Below, piece by piece: positions 12,890 through 24,999 of a DNA stretch of 47,085 bases. The notes under the pieces are model-generated. The model was given only the letters and a program-made list of their open reading frames with translations. It searched no databases and was not told where the DNA came from. The position numbers and the translations under genes were made by a program. Position 1 is the stretch's first letter; the number at the start of each line of letters is the position of its first letter. The DNA is from Toensbergia leucococca (Eukaryota), in assembly GCA_022813965.1 (NCBI GenBank), contig JALDZS010000181.1, positions 1-47,085 on the forward strand, read 5' to 3'.

Positions 12890-13067
12890 ATGCGGAGTTG
12901 GGACGAACTAAGGTTCAGTTGTTGAAATGCACGGCACGAATGTGTGAAAGGGTAAGAAAAGTTTGTGGATAATGTTGTGGAGAAGTGTTGTAAGGTAAGG
13001 CAAGCAATTCTAAGTTCGAAGCTGTCGCGCAAATTTATGGACCGCGCTAACACTACGGACGCCTAAA

Positions 13068-13112
13068 GAAGCGCGTGGAATCTCCAGATTTCCGCAGGGT
13101 TCGAATAGCTTC
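13068..13112. promoter_or_regulatory. Heat-shock-element-like array upstream of hsp90
   Basis: GAA at 13068 and 13078, TCC at 13083, and TTC at 13090, 13100 and 13110 (exact 10-bp step). A TATA-like CATAAAT lies on the minus strand near 13033-13039. Confidence 0.6.
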
Positions 13113-13395
13113 CATGCTTCACATCTTGGCAAAATGAGCACGGATACTCCTAGAAACAACATGCATCTACAAACGATGAAAGTTGCTATTTCTCGTTGTG
13201 TAGAATTGGTGAATAGTAGTTAATTGATGAATGATGTCGGGTAGGTTGGCTCCAAGTCCACAATCCACTACTCCCTCCCATTGACAATGCTATAAATGCT
13301 CTTCCATGACTCTCATGCATCGTCTATCCAGACATTGCAAACCTTTGGCCTCTCTGCGCGGAGGAGCAACCTCTTGCGATATGATAGATGTGTCT

Positions 13396-15702
13396 TCAGA
13401 CGTTGCATCCCCACCATCCCCAATTCCAGCCTGTACATCCGTCAGTCCCAACGCCCCAGCTCTTAGCTACCCATACTGCGAGTGCACCCAAAACACCAAA
13501 ACTTCCCATGACTTGAAACGCAATCCAGCCCCGTCTCTTCATAGCTTCATTCCATCTCATCAACCCGAGCGGATCGCTAGGGTTGATGAAGCCATTGCGA
13601 GGAGCAACTCCTGCTGACGATGTCCTGAGTGACAACAAGCCTTTTTCCGACACTGGCGTGACCTTCTCACTGTGTGTGGGGACCAAGCTACCATCATAAA
13701 CGCACTCTCCAAGTCTCTCAGTAAGCCAGATGGCCCTTTCACCACGAATGATGGCCTCGTATCTCGCCCGCTCGTTTCGTAAGCTCTGTTGAAGGTCGCT
13801 CGCCCACTTTGCAAGTTGGATCTGTGCTAATCTTTCTTCGCGCTGGGTGTGGTCTGCGATTCGCGCCTGACTATAGGATGACGCGCCACCAGCATATGAA
13901 ACCACGATCTGCGATGAGGAGGCTGACGATGCAGTCGACGACAGGTGGCTGGGAGTGCAGGTGTTCAGCGGTATGAGGGATGGCCTAAGCGAGGGGGCAG
14001 TCTCGTAGGTTGCTTCTGATGTTCTTCTGCGATAAAGAAATTTCATCACTGCAGAATGTTTAAGCCAGGAAATACTGTCCTGATTAAATATGTGTTCTAC
14101 GAAGGTGGCCAGCTCGGATGGGAGAAGCGGCTGGACATATTCGGGCGACATTAGAAGACTTGCGTCCATGTTCTCTTCATCGTTGGATGGTGCTGAGCAG
14201 ATAGTGTATGGAGGCGATGTTGTTGGAGAATGGGTACTGAAGTTGAAAAGACGTAGTCCTTCAGTGTGGAGCTCACCGGAAATTGTAGCCTTCAAGGTTT
14301 GAACATCATCTTTGGAAAGTAGATCGGCTTTAGCGACTAGGGGTATGATGTTTGTGAGTGATGACAAGCGTCGGAGGAATACCAGGTCCGCAGGCTTGAG
14401 CTCTAAGGATTGTAAGTTAATGATTTAAGATGTTGGGAGAAAGGAAAAGCACTGACCTTGCATAATCAAGTAAAGCACGACATCGACCTGGGTACCGCCA
14501 TTCCCACTGAGCATACTCAAAAGCTCTGATTCAGTCGAGCTTGTCATTGAACACGTTTTGTGCCATTGCCCCTCAACGTACCGCGTCACTGATTCGATGC
14601 CCTCGGTTATCGACATGCCACGGCTATATCCGGGTGTATCGACGAAACAGAGATTTCTCTCAAGGACAGTATCGCCCATGCTCTTCCGCCTACGCAGGAT
14701 TTTACTTTCTTCGATTTCCGACCACCATGGTGGGTAAGGTTTGGTACTCGCATAAACCTCTGTGATGGAATCAGTGGACTTATAAAGAGTCTTATCTTGC
14801 TTGCTCTTCGATTTTCGAGGCTGTAGCCGTTCAACAGAAAGAGAGACCGAGGATAGAGGATCAACATGAACTATGTCTTCGCAAGTCTGCACGATCGACT
14901 TGATGAGGGAAGTTTTGCCCACACCTATGCCATGCTCAGCTCCCACATCTTGGATGGTATATATAACGTAGAGTACTGTACCTGAGTCGCCTGCAATCAG
15001 CACCTTTAATCTACCCAAACCTTTACCTCGCTCTGTAAATGGTCTTCGACTTGGCATTTTTATGCTGGGCATGACAAGTTGTGGAGCACTATCCTGAATC
15101 TCGGACGGTGAGTCCATATCATCGTCTTCGCTCGACGCAATAGCTTGGCTTGCAAAGCCGTCATCCATAGACTCTTCATCCGAATGTCCATAGGACCGTG
15201 TGGATGTCGATTTCGGACTGCTTGGAAATGACGAACCTGGCACTGGAGAAACTTGTGATAGAGCTGTCAGTGATTGAGAGGCGCTTGGTAATGAAGGAGG
15301 TCTGCAGTAAGGTCGGGATGCAGATGAATCTTCTTTGCTTATTGGCGAGGCTTGCTCAAATGAAGGTGGAGGTGGGCCCTGAACTCGGGTGCTTGCTTTG
15401 AGAGTAGAACGTCGTCTACCCTGGTATGAATCATCATCGATGTCCTCATCACCATCATCCCCAACGTGGTCATTGTCAGGTTCAGCCTCGCAGAATGTCT
15501 CTTCAAAGCTTCGGACTCCAAAGGTACTATCGCTGCGTAGATCAGTAGCTTTTGTCTTTATCCTGTCTAGCACAGTATCCTCAGTAGCTATGAAAAAGCT
15601 AGTCGGTGCACATTGTCCTGTGGTTAAAGTAGGGGCTTTGACTTCGGATTCTAATTTATGAGACCTTGCTGGAATGGCGTCGCTGCCCACGGCGGGGCGC
15701 AT
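13396..15702 (-). CDS. Atypical septin-type P-loop GTPase with Ser-rich N-terminus and C-terminal hydrophobic segment (~731 aa)
   Basis: Exons 15702-14982, 14924-14457, 14402-13396. After splicing: G1 GDSGVGKTS, G3 FVDTPG, G4 PLVAKAD, a coiled-coil-like region and the tail AFQVMGSFGVLGALAVWVA. Confidence 0.85.
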
Positions 15703-16874
15703 GACTTGAGTATAATCCTGTAGACAGAGAAGGCGAGATCAACTTTGGAGGTTTGATAAGCAGCGCAAGAGGATTTATGACAGCTTCGTCGATGTGCTGG
15801 GGCCTAAATCAACAGTGCCCCCCTCTGGCTCCCCACTTTGAGCCTAGCAGGTCCTTCTTATCGATAAAGACTTGTGGCTTAGCTTCCTTTGGCAGTATGA
15901 GGAGATGTGGTGATAGTGATAGACAATCGTCTATGATCAAAGTCGCTATAAAGCAGTACGTATGATGTGTTGTTATGAGGACAGTGAGGACGTAAAGTAG
16001 TGTGGTGGGTGACTTGATAAATGCGGGTGATGACCCGGATTACGGGTACCTTGCCGAGCTTGCTCAACTCCAAATGTATTGCTCTTTGAGGTCTAGAATG
16101 AGTAGGTAGGTTCATCAATAGATCCAAGTGACTTGAAAACATAATCAAGAACTGTCTTAATGCATTTCTTGTCCGGGTACACGTGTGATGAAGCGCAGAG
16201 CAGAATCTTTACAATGCCAATACGTTGCAGGAAATCTAACCCCTACTCTGCACTTTTAGTACGTGGAGGAAGTCGGACGAATTGACAGCAAGAATACCGG
16301 AGGCAACATCTCATTGTGATGCCTGTTGTGCATATAAACTCGATAAACTTAATTTACTCTGTGCTCTCGGTAGTAGGTATGTGCAGCCAAATCTCATGAG
16401 AAGAGACGCCCAAAAGTAAGAGAAACCACCGAAGTTTTATCAATGCTAAATACAATCTCATACGACCGGGGATTACCTGGTGACTGAATCTCTACACTCG
16501 GCCAGCTTCTGTTTCGCGTAATATCAAACAATTATCCATCTAACCAAGAACGCAAATATAGAAGAGTCGTTACATAATGCAAGAGTTTGAAAGGGGTACT
16601 TCACAAACGAGCCAGCACCGCGATCGCTATGCTGGAACAAGAAGATCAAGGTAAGATGACATGCAAGAAGAGAAGGCTTGGCCTCCAAACTTTTCCCTGT
16701 GGGTGTTGACAACGATGTCTAGAAATGGCCCCGATAGATTACACTGAAGGATTAGAAGGATTTGGTCGTAGCGGTATGTCGAAGATGCTAGGATGAGATA
16801 ATCAAAAAGGTCGTGCACAGGATCGAATATGCTGTAGGTCTTGCCGATTAATTTCGCTAGAGGAAGATCGAGGA

Positions 16875-18779
16875 CTACACAGGTTGAGGCTGTCCACGAC
16901 CACCCCTCGGTGTCAGGTTTCCGCCTCTTCCGCGAGCGACGAAGCCGCCTCCTCGGCTTCCATCTTTTGGGAAGCCGCCTCGCCCTTGATTCCCTGGACG
17001 TCCATCAGTGCCTCCACGGCCGCCACGTATTCCTCCTCTTCCATTAAAACCACCGCCATAAGCATTAGGTCGAGGTCGACGCTCTTCAACATAGATCTGC
17101 TCGCCTCCAATGGAATGAGGATTGGCAGCAACGGCTCCGTTATATCCAGCTGCATCAGCAAATTCGACAAACGCGCAATTCTTCTCAAAGAATTAGTAAT
17201 ATTCACAATTGTCAAGATCAGTGTTGCTAAAACATACTTTCTGACGACTAACGTCAAAGTAAGCCAATTTACCATATTGCTGCAAGGTAGTCTTGAGCAA
17301 AGATGCGTCCACCCTATCTGTCACGTTCTTCACATATCCTAAAACATTGTCCTTCTCTACGTTACCTGATATTGACTGGCGAGTTTGCCTCTTGCTGTAA
17401 TCTTGGCCTGCAGTTTGCCATCCAGCACCTCCGTTTTGCTGTGTTGGAATAGGTGCATCATCGCTTGCTGAGGTCGAAGGAGTAACTGCTTGGGCCGGTG
17501 CCTGCTGAGTAGCTTTTGGTTGGGATGGCGCAGGCGTGGTTGTGGATACGGGACCTGGAATAGCCGGTGCGGCAACAGGATTAGCAGCAACAAGGTTCGC
17601 CCAGGTTTTCGCTGCAGCTGGTTTAGACGGGATTATAGTGGTGGAAGATTGATCTGATTGGGTTTCAACAGATTTTGGAGGGGAGGCGACTGGAGTTGGA
17701 TCAGGATCTTTTGGTTTCTCTGGCTGTACCTCCTCGGACTCAACAACTTTCTCTACGGCTTCCAGAGAACCGTCAATCTTTTCATCATCTAATTCTTTCT
17801 CTGTTTCAACGGCTACCACAGGTACATCCTCAGCGTGCTCCTCGCCTGCAAGCTCATCCACAGTATTACCACTGGAAGCAGGTTCGTCAACGGGAGGTTC
17901 TTCAGAGTCGGGATTCTTGTCTAAGATCTCTTCTTGGAGTATCTTATCGACCTGCTCGAGGTCGTTCTTTTGTTCCACGGTGCTGTTGTCCGAGTTTGTG
18001 AGATTTGACGTTTCTGCCTGGGAATTCGATGCCAGCGTAGCGTCATTACTGGCAGGGACTTCGTTCTCCAACTCTTCATCTTCATCCTCGATTATGTAGC
18101 GGAAAATATCGTTCAGTACAAAGTAGCCATTTGGTTGCTCCGCAAGGACGAACGTCTGAACAAATTTGCGATGAGGCTCTGCTTTGTTGGACATCTCGCC
18201 AATGACTTGGACCACGATATTTTTGAATGACTCTTGTGAGTCTACATTCGTGACTCTGACCTTGCAGTCCTGGATGCCCAATTCTTTGATGCGTTCATTG
18301 ATAGCCTACAGACCTACATTAGCAGGAATTGTCGGACTACAGAGATAGGGTACTGACACGCTGGCCGACTGAGACTGAGACCTTCTTAGCCTCGACGCCC
18401 GAGACAAACTGAGAGCGCTTGGAGTAGAAAAGCTAGGTAGCTATGAGTCATGTTGCCCCCACATAATCATGACCTCGATGATGCTATGATGACTTACATG
18501 CAACCTCTCTGGATTTCTGCTCAATGTGGTATAGTATTGTTCAACAAAGTACCAACCAACCTCATCTTTGGGAATGGTGCTATTGCTCTCGTTGGCGCCA
18601 GACGAGGGATTGCCCGTGGTGGCTGGTACATTGGCATTTTCGGAGCCGAAAGTCCCGGCTGTCGAGTTAATAGTGGCATGGTTTGAAATTTGTGGTGATG
18701 ATGGCAATTCAGCAGCGATGTATTGTTGTTGGGTCCCATAATTGCCATTTACAGGCTTGTTTGCGGATTCGGATGCCAT
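16875..18779 (-). CDS. G3BP/Nxt3/Bre5-like NTF2 + RRM + RGG protein (~576 aa)
   Basis: Exons 18779-18498, 18432-18358, 18305-17238, 17180-16875. NTF2 domain (EVGWYFVEQYY..KFVQTFVLAEQPNGYFVLNDIFRY), acidic and Pro-rich linker, RRM (KNCAFVEF) and RGG tail. Confidence 0.93.
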
Positions 18780-18923
18780 GACCGATCCGTGCTAAGTGAA
18801 GTTGTATGGTGAAAGCGAGATAGGGTATTGAAGGACGTTTGAGTACGATGAGAGAAGGGAAAAGCAGAAATACTGGACACAGTCTCTATGTGTGATATCT
18901 TGTGGACAATACGCTGATATGAC

Positions 18924-19002
18924 CTAGTAAGAGTGCAAGAAGCATCAGAATTAGTTCAGGCGGCGAGAAGAGCTGCATTCAATTACAATAAAAAAGACAT
19001 AC
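18924..19002 (-). other. Putative 5'-UTR intron of the G3BP-like gene (79 nt)
   Basis: GTATGT donor, ACTAAT branch point, pyrimidine tract and TAG acceptor. Confidence 0.6.
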
Positions 19003-20100
19003 CAATAGAAGCGAAATGGAGCATCCAAGAGAAAATGACTTTTGAAGTTTTGCAGGCCACCTGGAGATTGTGAGGACTGAAAATAAGAAGATATGTTCCT
19101 TCGTAGATTCGCGTGGATGATTTTAATCTGTGCGGGGGCAAGATGCGGCTGGAACACGCAATTGGGCAGTCTTTCGCAGGCTCGCACGCTCCAAGGTACT
19201 GGGGAAGTGTAAATGGATCTACTGAATTTAGTGGCAGATCAATGAATGCAAGAATCCCAAGAGGTGTGCTCTTTGCAAGGAAATATTCGTTGCATCAAAA
19301 GTGGCAGGGGGGCTCGACCGCTTAGAATATTCTACAGCTCGTCATACCAAAACTTCCTGATACTCGATCTACAGCCGAGTAGATGATTATTGGAGCACAA
19401 GTAAAGCCTTCAAATATTTGCCAAAATGACTTAAATCACATGTGCAGCTCGTTAGCCTTCAGTGAGAATCATGCCTTTATCACGGGGTCAATGTGATAAG
19501 CAGTTCACGAATACTCAATGAAAGGTTGTTTTAAATAACAACTCTGGTGGGTGTCTCATACGATATTCAGTAATCTCAATTCGAGACTAAATGATGGCTA
19601 GTGATATACACCTGAAGAAACCCCTTCGCTCATAACATCCATGCGAGAAGGACCCCAGAACAACCGCGAAAACACCCAGCGAAACCAACAAGGGGCCCTC
19701 ATATACCTCCGTCATTCCTCTGCGTCACAAGAGTTGTCTTGCAGGAATCACATGCGCCACGGAAGGAACACTGGAGCGTAGCAGCCGGTCATCTTAAGCG
19801 ATTGTGATTCTAGAAGAGAACGGCAATACCAAGCAAGGCTTGCATAGAGGTCTATTAATTGACCGGTAGAACAGACATTGGACGGGAATCCAGCAGATAG
19901 TGTACAGAAACGATTAGACAGGGCAAGGGTATTGACGAATTGTGAACGAACAGGCAAAAAACTTCGGACAAAAGTGCCATAGGGAAGATCCTTCATCTCA
20001 AACAGTTTCCGTAAGCGCATCGTAGATTACACGTTTCGAGATTTGCATCGACGACATGATTCGTATGAGCTCGGGTCCTAAGACGTCTTCGGGCGAGCTC

Positions 20101-20585
20101 TCACAATGCGCTGGTGACAGATCTTGCCATAGATGGCTTCTCATTCATGGGTTTCGGCCTCATTATGGCATCCTGACCTGAAAGTCTCCTTCCGAGTGCC
20201 CTTTCTACCTTGGCCCCCAAGGCTAGTTTGCTGAGATTGTCGCTTTTCTCTGGCGTGGGCTGATATCTCTGTTGCTGCAAACGTTTATTCTCGAGGCGAT
20301 CGAATCCTTGAGTCCACTCTTTGATCTCTTGCAAGCGTAGGTCACCATTGGTACTTGATGCGTTGGTGAAGTTGGAAGCTGCTAGAGATGGTACACCGCT
20401 GTAGGTAGAGAATCGTTTAGATGTGCGCTTCGATGCGACCTGGCAACCAAGGGATGTCAGCCTAGTACCCATATGAGGCAAATCGTGCAGTTGGAAAAGC
20501 ATTGCAAATAGAGCGACGGCTGGCTACATGTTCGACTCACACTTGGAGCCATGATGGGTCGTGAGGAGTCGACAGATGGAGGCAT
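20101..20585 (-). CDS. Small hypothetical protein (~127 aa)
   Basis: Exons 20585-20541 (MPPSVDSSRPIMAPS) and 20439-20101, with a 101-nt intron GTGAGT..GCTGAC..CAG. Protein-like core GFDRLENKRLQQQRY..LSKLALGAKVERALGRRLSGQDA. Confidence 0.75.
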
Positions 20586-21345
20586 TGAACAATGGATGGC
20601 AGTCGGCGGTTAGTTGGAAGAGACAACAAATAAATCTATGATTGGGAGTAATGCGAGATGGAAGCAGGTGTGGCCTGTGGAAGTGGTCGGTGTTTCACAA
20701 TCGGTACTGTCGACACGGGTCAAGCGATCAACTAATGAGTGTTTGACACTGTCAAATCCTTCCGGGTTGGCAGTGACTAAGTAGCTAGCTTAGGTGAGGA
20801 TCTGGCCTATGAAGAATGATGATGACATGCAGGTGTGGAGGTCAAGATGGAAGATGTTGATGAGATATCAGGGATCTGAGAAGGGAAGGTTAGGGAGCAG
20901 TGTACTCGACCAGTTATTCGTGCTCTGCAACATTCGTATCGATGTAGGTATCAAAGGACCGTCGCATGGAGCATGGTTACTATGGACACTTACTCAGGCT
21001 ATGATTTTCAGGGGAGGGGAAAGCAAGGATGCGAGGGATGCCGTTGCCACGAGGCCGGACCGATCATGCACGCCTGGCCCAGCTTCCCGCACGTCCACAT
21101 CTCAGTGATCTCACTGTCTCATAGAATACCTAATGCTTGGCATTTCTGTAATCTTTAGAATACCTTAGGTCCTTAGGTATCCGTACGCAGTAATATCAAG
21201 CATAATACCGTATTCCCCACCTCGAGTCCATCTTAACTTGTATTCATTTCAGCATGCTTGCGAGTTCAGTGGTTGGAATATCTGGGCTTTCGGATCGAGT
21301 CGTTGTGTCTTGTTAAGGGGAAATAATAAATCGAGCAAAGCACAG

Positions 21346-23069
21346 ATGGCAAAGCAAAAGCGATTCACAGATCCGAAAAAGAATGCCGGCAAGCAGAAGA
21401 AAAGGGTGTGCATTTTCATCATATCCAAAAAGAGAGGGGGGCCGCTGATTGTAATTGTATGTGCCACAGGGGCCAGAAAGCGCCAATGAGTTCCTTGCTG
21501 GTAAGGATTGTCAGAGTCGTGAAGGCTGAAGAGTTGTATCGTGTCGCAGCCGCGCTCATGTTATCACTAGCCGGCGTGGATTTTGAGGAGGCTGGAGAGA
21601 AATGGCGGGCCGGTGATGCTGAAAAATCCTTACGATTTTTTGTCCGCGCTATCGAGACTTACGACGCCGGTCTGCAGTTTTCGCCGTCGTTTGATCTTGC
21701 TTACAACAAGTGAAGAACCACGACACCTTGAGCAATCCAATTGCTGATAGAGACTAGGGCTCGGCTTCAGTATGATGTCGCCCAGCAACCGCGATTGCTG
21801 GCCTACTTGCCTACACCTCTTGTTGACTTGTTGAAACTAGCGCTCGATTCTCATAGATATGCCATGAGCATAGAGCAGGAAAATGCAGATCTCCTCTTGT
21901 ATTTTCAAATTTCAGAAGATGAGAAAAATTGAGAGCTAACCTCATCTAGTAATACCGGTCAAGTTCTTACCAGTCTTGCAGAAACAGTCTCTGAAGGCAG
22001 AAATGCATTGGAGTCGAGCAAAGATAGAGCTTTAACTCTTTTCCAGGAAGCTTTAGGGCTGTTCCAACGATGTCTCGAGCTCCAGGAATTCCAATTCGCT
22101 GAGGCTGAACAGCAAAGTGCCAGGTTTAAAGATTCAGACACTGTGGCTGAAAATGAAATGGCCATGATGAGCGGGTCTGTATCTGACGCTTCAGAAGATG
22201 AGAGTTGGGCTTCTGTCATGGAGCCAGTCACTAGAAACACGCTTGTCGACACTCTGATCGCACAGCTCGAGACACTGACAACCATGTGCAATCTCGCGGG
22301 GTCTCAACGAAACAGTGAACTTGCCTGGATCGAGGATTATTCCCGTGAATTGATTCAGGGGAAGATCGCCTTCTATGTTGAAGGCACCCAGCGACACCAG
22401 GAGGTAGCGCTCACCAAGGCGAACCTAATCTGCGCCTACTCTGATTACCAGTTCCGAAGCGGATTTTTAGACCTATCTACATACGAACGAGACGTTGCTA
22501 CTGCCTTTGTTGAGATTCCCAACCTTTCACAAAATCCACAAATGCTATGTGATATGGCTGATGCCGAGCTGGCTCTGAACGCCAGCGTTACAATTTCTTT
22601 GCAGGCTACCTCACAAGCACCGTGTTATGATCGGACTCAATTGAATACTTATCGATGGACACATCTCACCAAAGCGCTCGATCACTTGACGGCCGCATCA
22701 AAGCTGCGGCACACACAGAACCTACCCAAGATTCATCTCCACCGCGGAGATTGCGAATTGCTTCGATATCGATTAGGCGAAGGATCTGTTCCGTACGACG
22801 TTGCACGGAAGAGCGCGTCTACTTTGATTGGAAATGCGGAGGTCTATTACCGTGGTGCGGCAAGGCTGGCAAGGAACGAGGGCGCCGTCGACGAAGAACG
22901 GGAGGCTCTGGTGAAGGAGGCGGTTGCTGCGAGTATCTTGGGGAATGTCGTAAAGCTGTCTGAACTCGTTGGGAAAGACAAAAAACTAGTGTCGGAGGTC
23001 GTTGAGGATATGAGAGACGAAGGTTTACTGTCTCCAGACAGCGTATCAGTTTTGAGCAAGATTCCTTAA
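21346..23069 (+). CDS. TPR-like helical protein, UPF0656-like (~496 aa)
   Basis: Exons 21346-21405, 21470-21500, 21571-21709, 21758-21898, 21950-23069 join in frame. Lys-rich N-terminus; motifs EEAGEKWRAGD, SFDLAYNKARL and NADLLFNTGQVLTSLAE. Confidence 0.8.
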
Positions 23070-23564
23070 TGGAGAAATGCCAATTAAGACTCCATTGCAC
23101 AAGGCTAATGCAGAGGAATTGGAGGATCTTGATTTCTGGAAATGCTTTTGCAAGGTGGCAGCAAGCACTTCGAGAACCCCCGTCTCCCTTTATTTATCCT
23201 CCAGACTGGAAAATCAAAAAGCAGGGCTTGCAACTGGTTCTTACTGGTGCGGTAAACAATGGGACACTATCAATACTGTCCTTAGTTGGCGCTATGGTAT
23301 GACATTTGATGGTGAGGATTAATGTTGATAGTGCTCCTACTTATTAGTATAAGTCACGAGGCTTAAAACTTTAGAATGTGGCTCTATCCTCCCTCAGGAG
23401 CTGGCTGTTCCATCTCAAGCAAATTCAACCAATGAAGCATGGAATGCTTAGAAAGATACACACGTCCCCCATGTTCTGAGGGAGACGCCCACCTCAGACC
23501 AACTCTATTCCCAAATCGCAACCTCCTTTGCAAACCCCAAGCACGAATTACTTTCTTCTCACAA

Positions 23565-24303
23565 TCACAGCTTCGCCTCCCGCCCCGCAGCTTTCAACTC
23601 CCTCTCCACCTCCTCAACCTCCCTTGCCAAGTCTCCCCCCTCAACCACCCCCCCCATAACCTCATTCGCGCTCTCCAGATCCCTGACCACAGCCTCAAAC
23701 CCCTCGACCAACCTCTCGACCTGAACCCTCTGCCTCCCAATCTCCCCAATCAGCTCCTCGTTCTCAGCCCGCACGCCCCTCAACCTGGCCTCCAGCTCCT
23801 TCTCCGTCTCCATCAAATACGGCGCCAGATGCGCCAGATAAAGCCTCTCAGGCGGAAGCGTATGTGGCCTGTTCCGCAATCGGCATCAGCAACCCAATCC
23901 TTCAACCCTTCAACTTCCCAAGAGAAACTTACGCCTCCCCTACGGAATCTCCCCTCTCCCTCCTCCCCCTCGCCTCCGCCACCAAGCGATCCAATTGATT
24001 CAGCCCCCCCACAACCTCCCTCTCTCCCAGAATCCCCTCAAACTCCCGCCGCGCCCTTTCCTCCACCTGCGCCGTCACCTGCCGCCACACAGAGGCTAAA
24101 ACATCGGGCGCGCGCAGTGCGGGTGTAGGGAAGCAGGCGGCGAAGTTGGCATACGAGCAGGTGCGCAGGGTGTGGGTTAGGGCGTTGGTGTAGAGGATTT
24201 GGAGCTGGGTTGCGCGCGGGCCAGGGGTTAAGGGTATTGGAGGGGGCGGGGCGGGGGAGGGGGTGCGGGATTGGAGGACGGCGGTCGCGGATGTTGTGCT
24301 CAT
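23565..24303 (-). CDS. nnf1: MIND/Mis12 kinetochore complex subunit Nnf1 (~224 aa)
   Basis: Exons 24303-23933 and 23868-23565. Motifs PGPRA..SYANFAACFPT..EFEGILGEREVVGGLNQLDRLVAEA..PHTLPP, followed by a coiled coil. Confidence 0.88.
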
Positions 24304-24999
24304 TGAAATGTGATGAGATTGAGTTGGCGTGAGGAATCGATAGCCGGGGATTTTCGGAAGTGCTTTGATTCAGTCGATTTGGGCATGGGATGGACCACAG
24401 GATTTGTGGCACTTATTCCTGTGTTTACTCTAGGTACGGAGTATTCTATCTTGCATGAAATGTCGCGACTCGCTTCAGGCCGACACGCGATTCTGCCTCG
24501 GTTTCCTCGGCATTCGCTTCAACTTGTATTCTACTCCGTAATTTTCGGTGGATACTCCGTACTTTGACACATGAAAACAGAAGGTGCAAAGGGGAGAGAC
24601 AAATGAAAGTCTACTCTGAGATCGGCCAAGAGTTGCTATCATTCCGATGTCTGAATACAAAATGAAGCCTAATTCCTGGCAAACAAATTCACCATATTCT
24701 AGAGTACAGCCATGCTTAGATGTCTACACTTAAACTCGTACATCCCGTTACAAGACTGCTCACAGCACTAGGTATGACCATCTTCAATGTACAAGAAGCC
24801 CGAGTGTGACTCGAAATGGTTCGAGACACCTTGTACTTCCACAATCAGATTAGTGTTTAATATCCGTGTGTAGTTGTGCAACAGATAGCATGCTATGCAT
24901 CCTTTGAAGACTTGGCCAAACACCCCCTTCATCCCCACCAACGCCATCGTATAATTTATGCGGACCCGAGCCACGTAATAGTCTTACCGATGTTTCGAC

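Noticed and set aside
16180..16185. CACGTG (Pho4/NUC-1 E-box) upstream of the septin-like gene
   Set aside because: A single hexamer is expected by chance.
23069..23322. Short ORFs after the UPF0656-like stop, one with a TAATG overlap
   Set aside because: They lie in a probable 3' UTR, with no recognisable motif or splice support.
23565..23576. Nnf1 C-terminal -AKL as a PTS1
   Set aside because: Nnf1 is a nuclear kinetochore subunit, so this is most likely coincidental.
23439..24128. 229-aa Pro-rich plus-strand ORF
   Set aside because: Antisense shadow of the G-rich nnf1 CDS, with no independent motifs.
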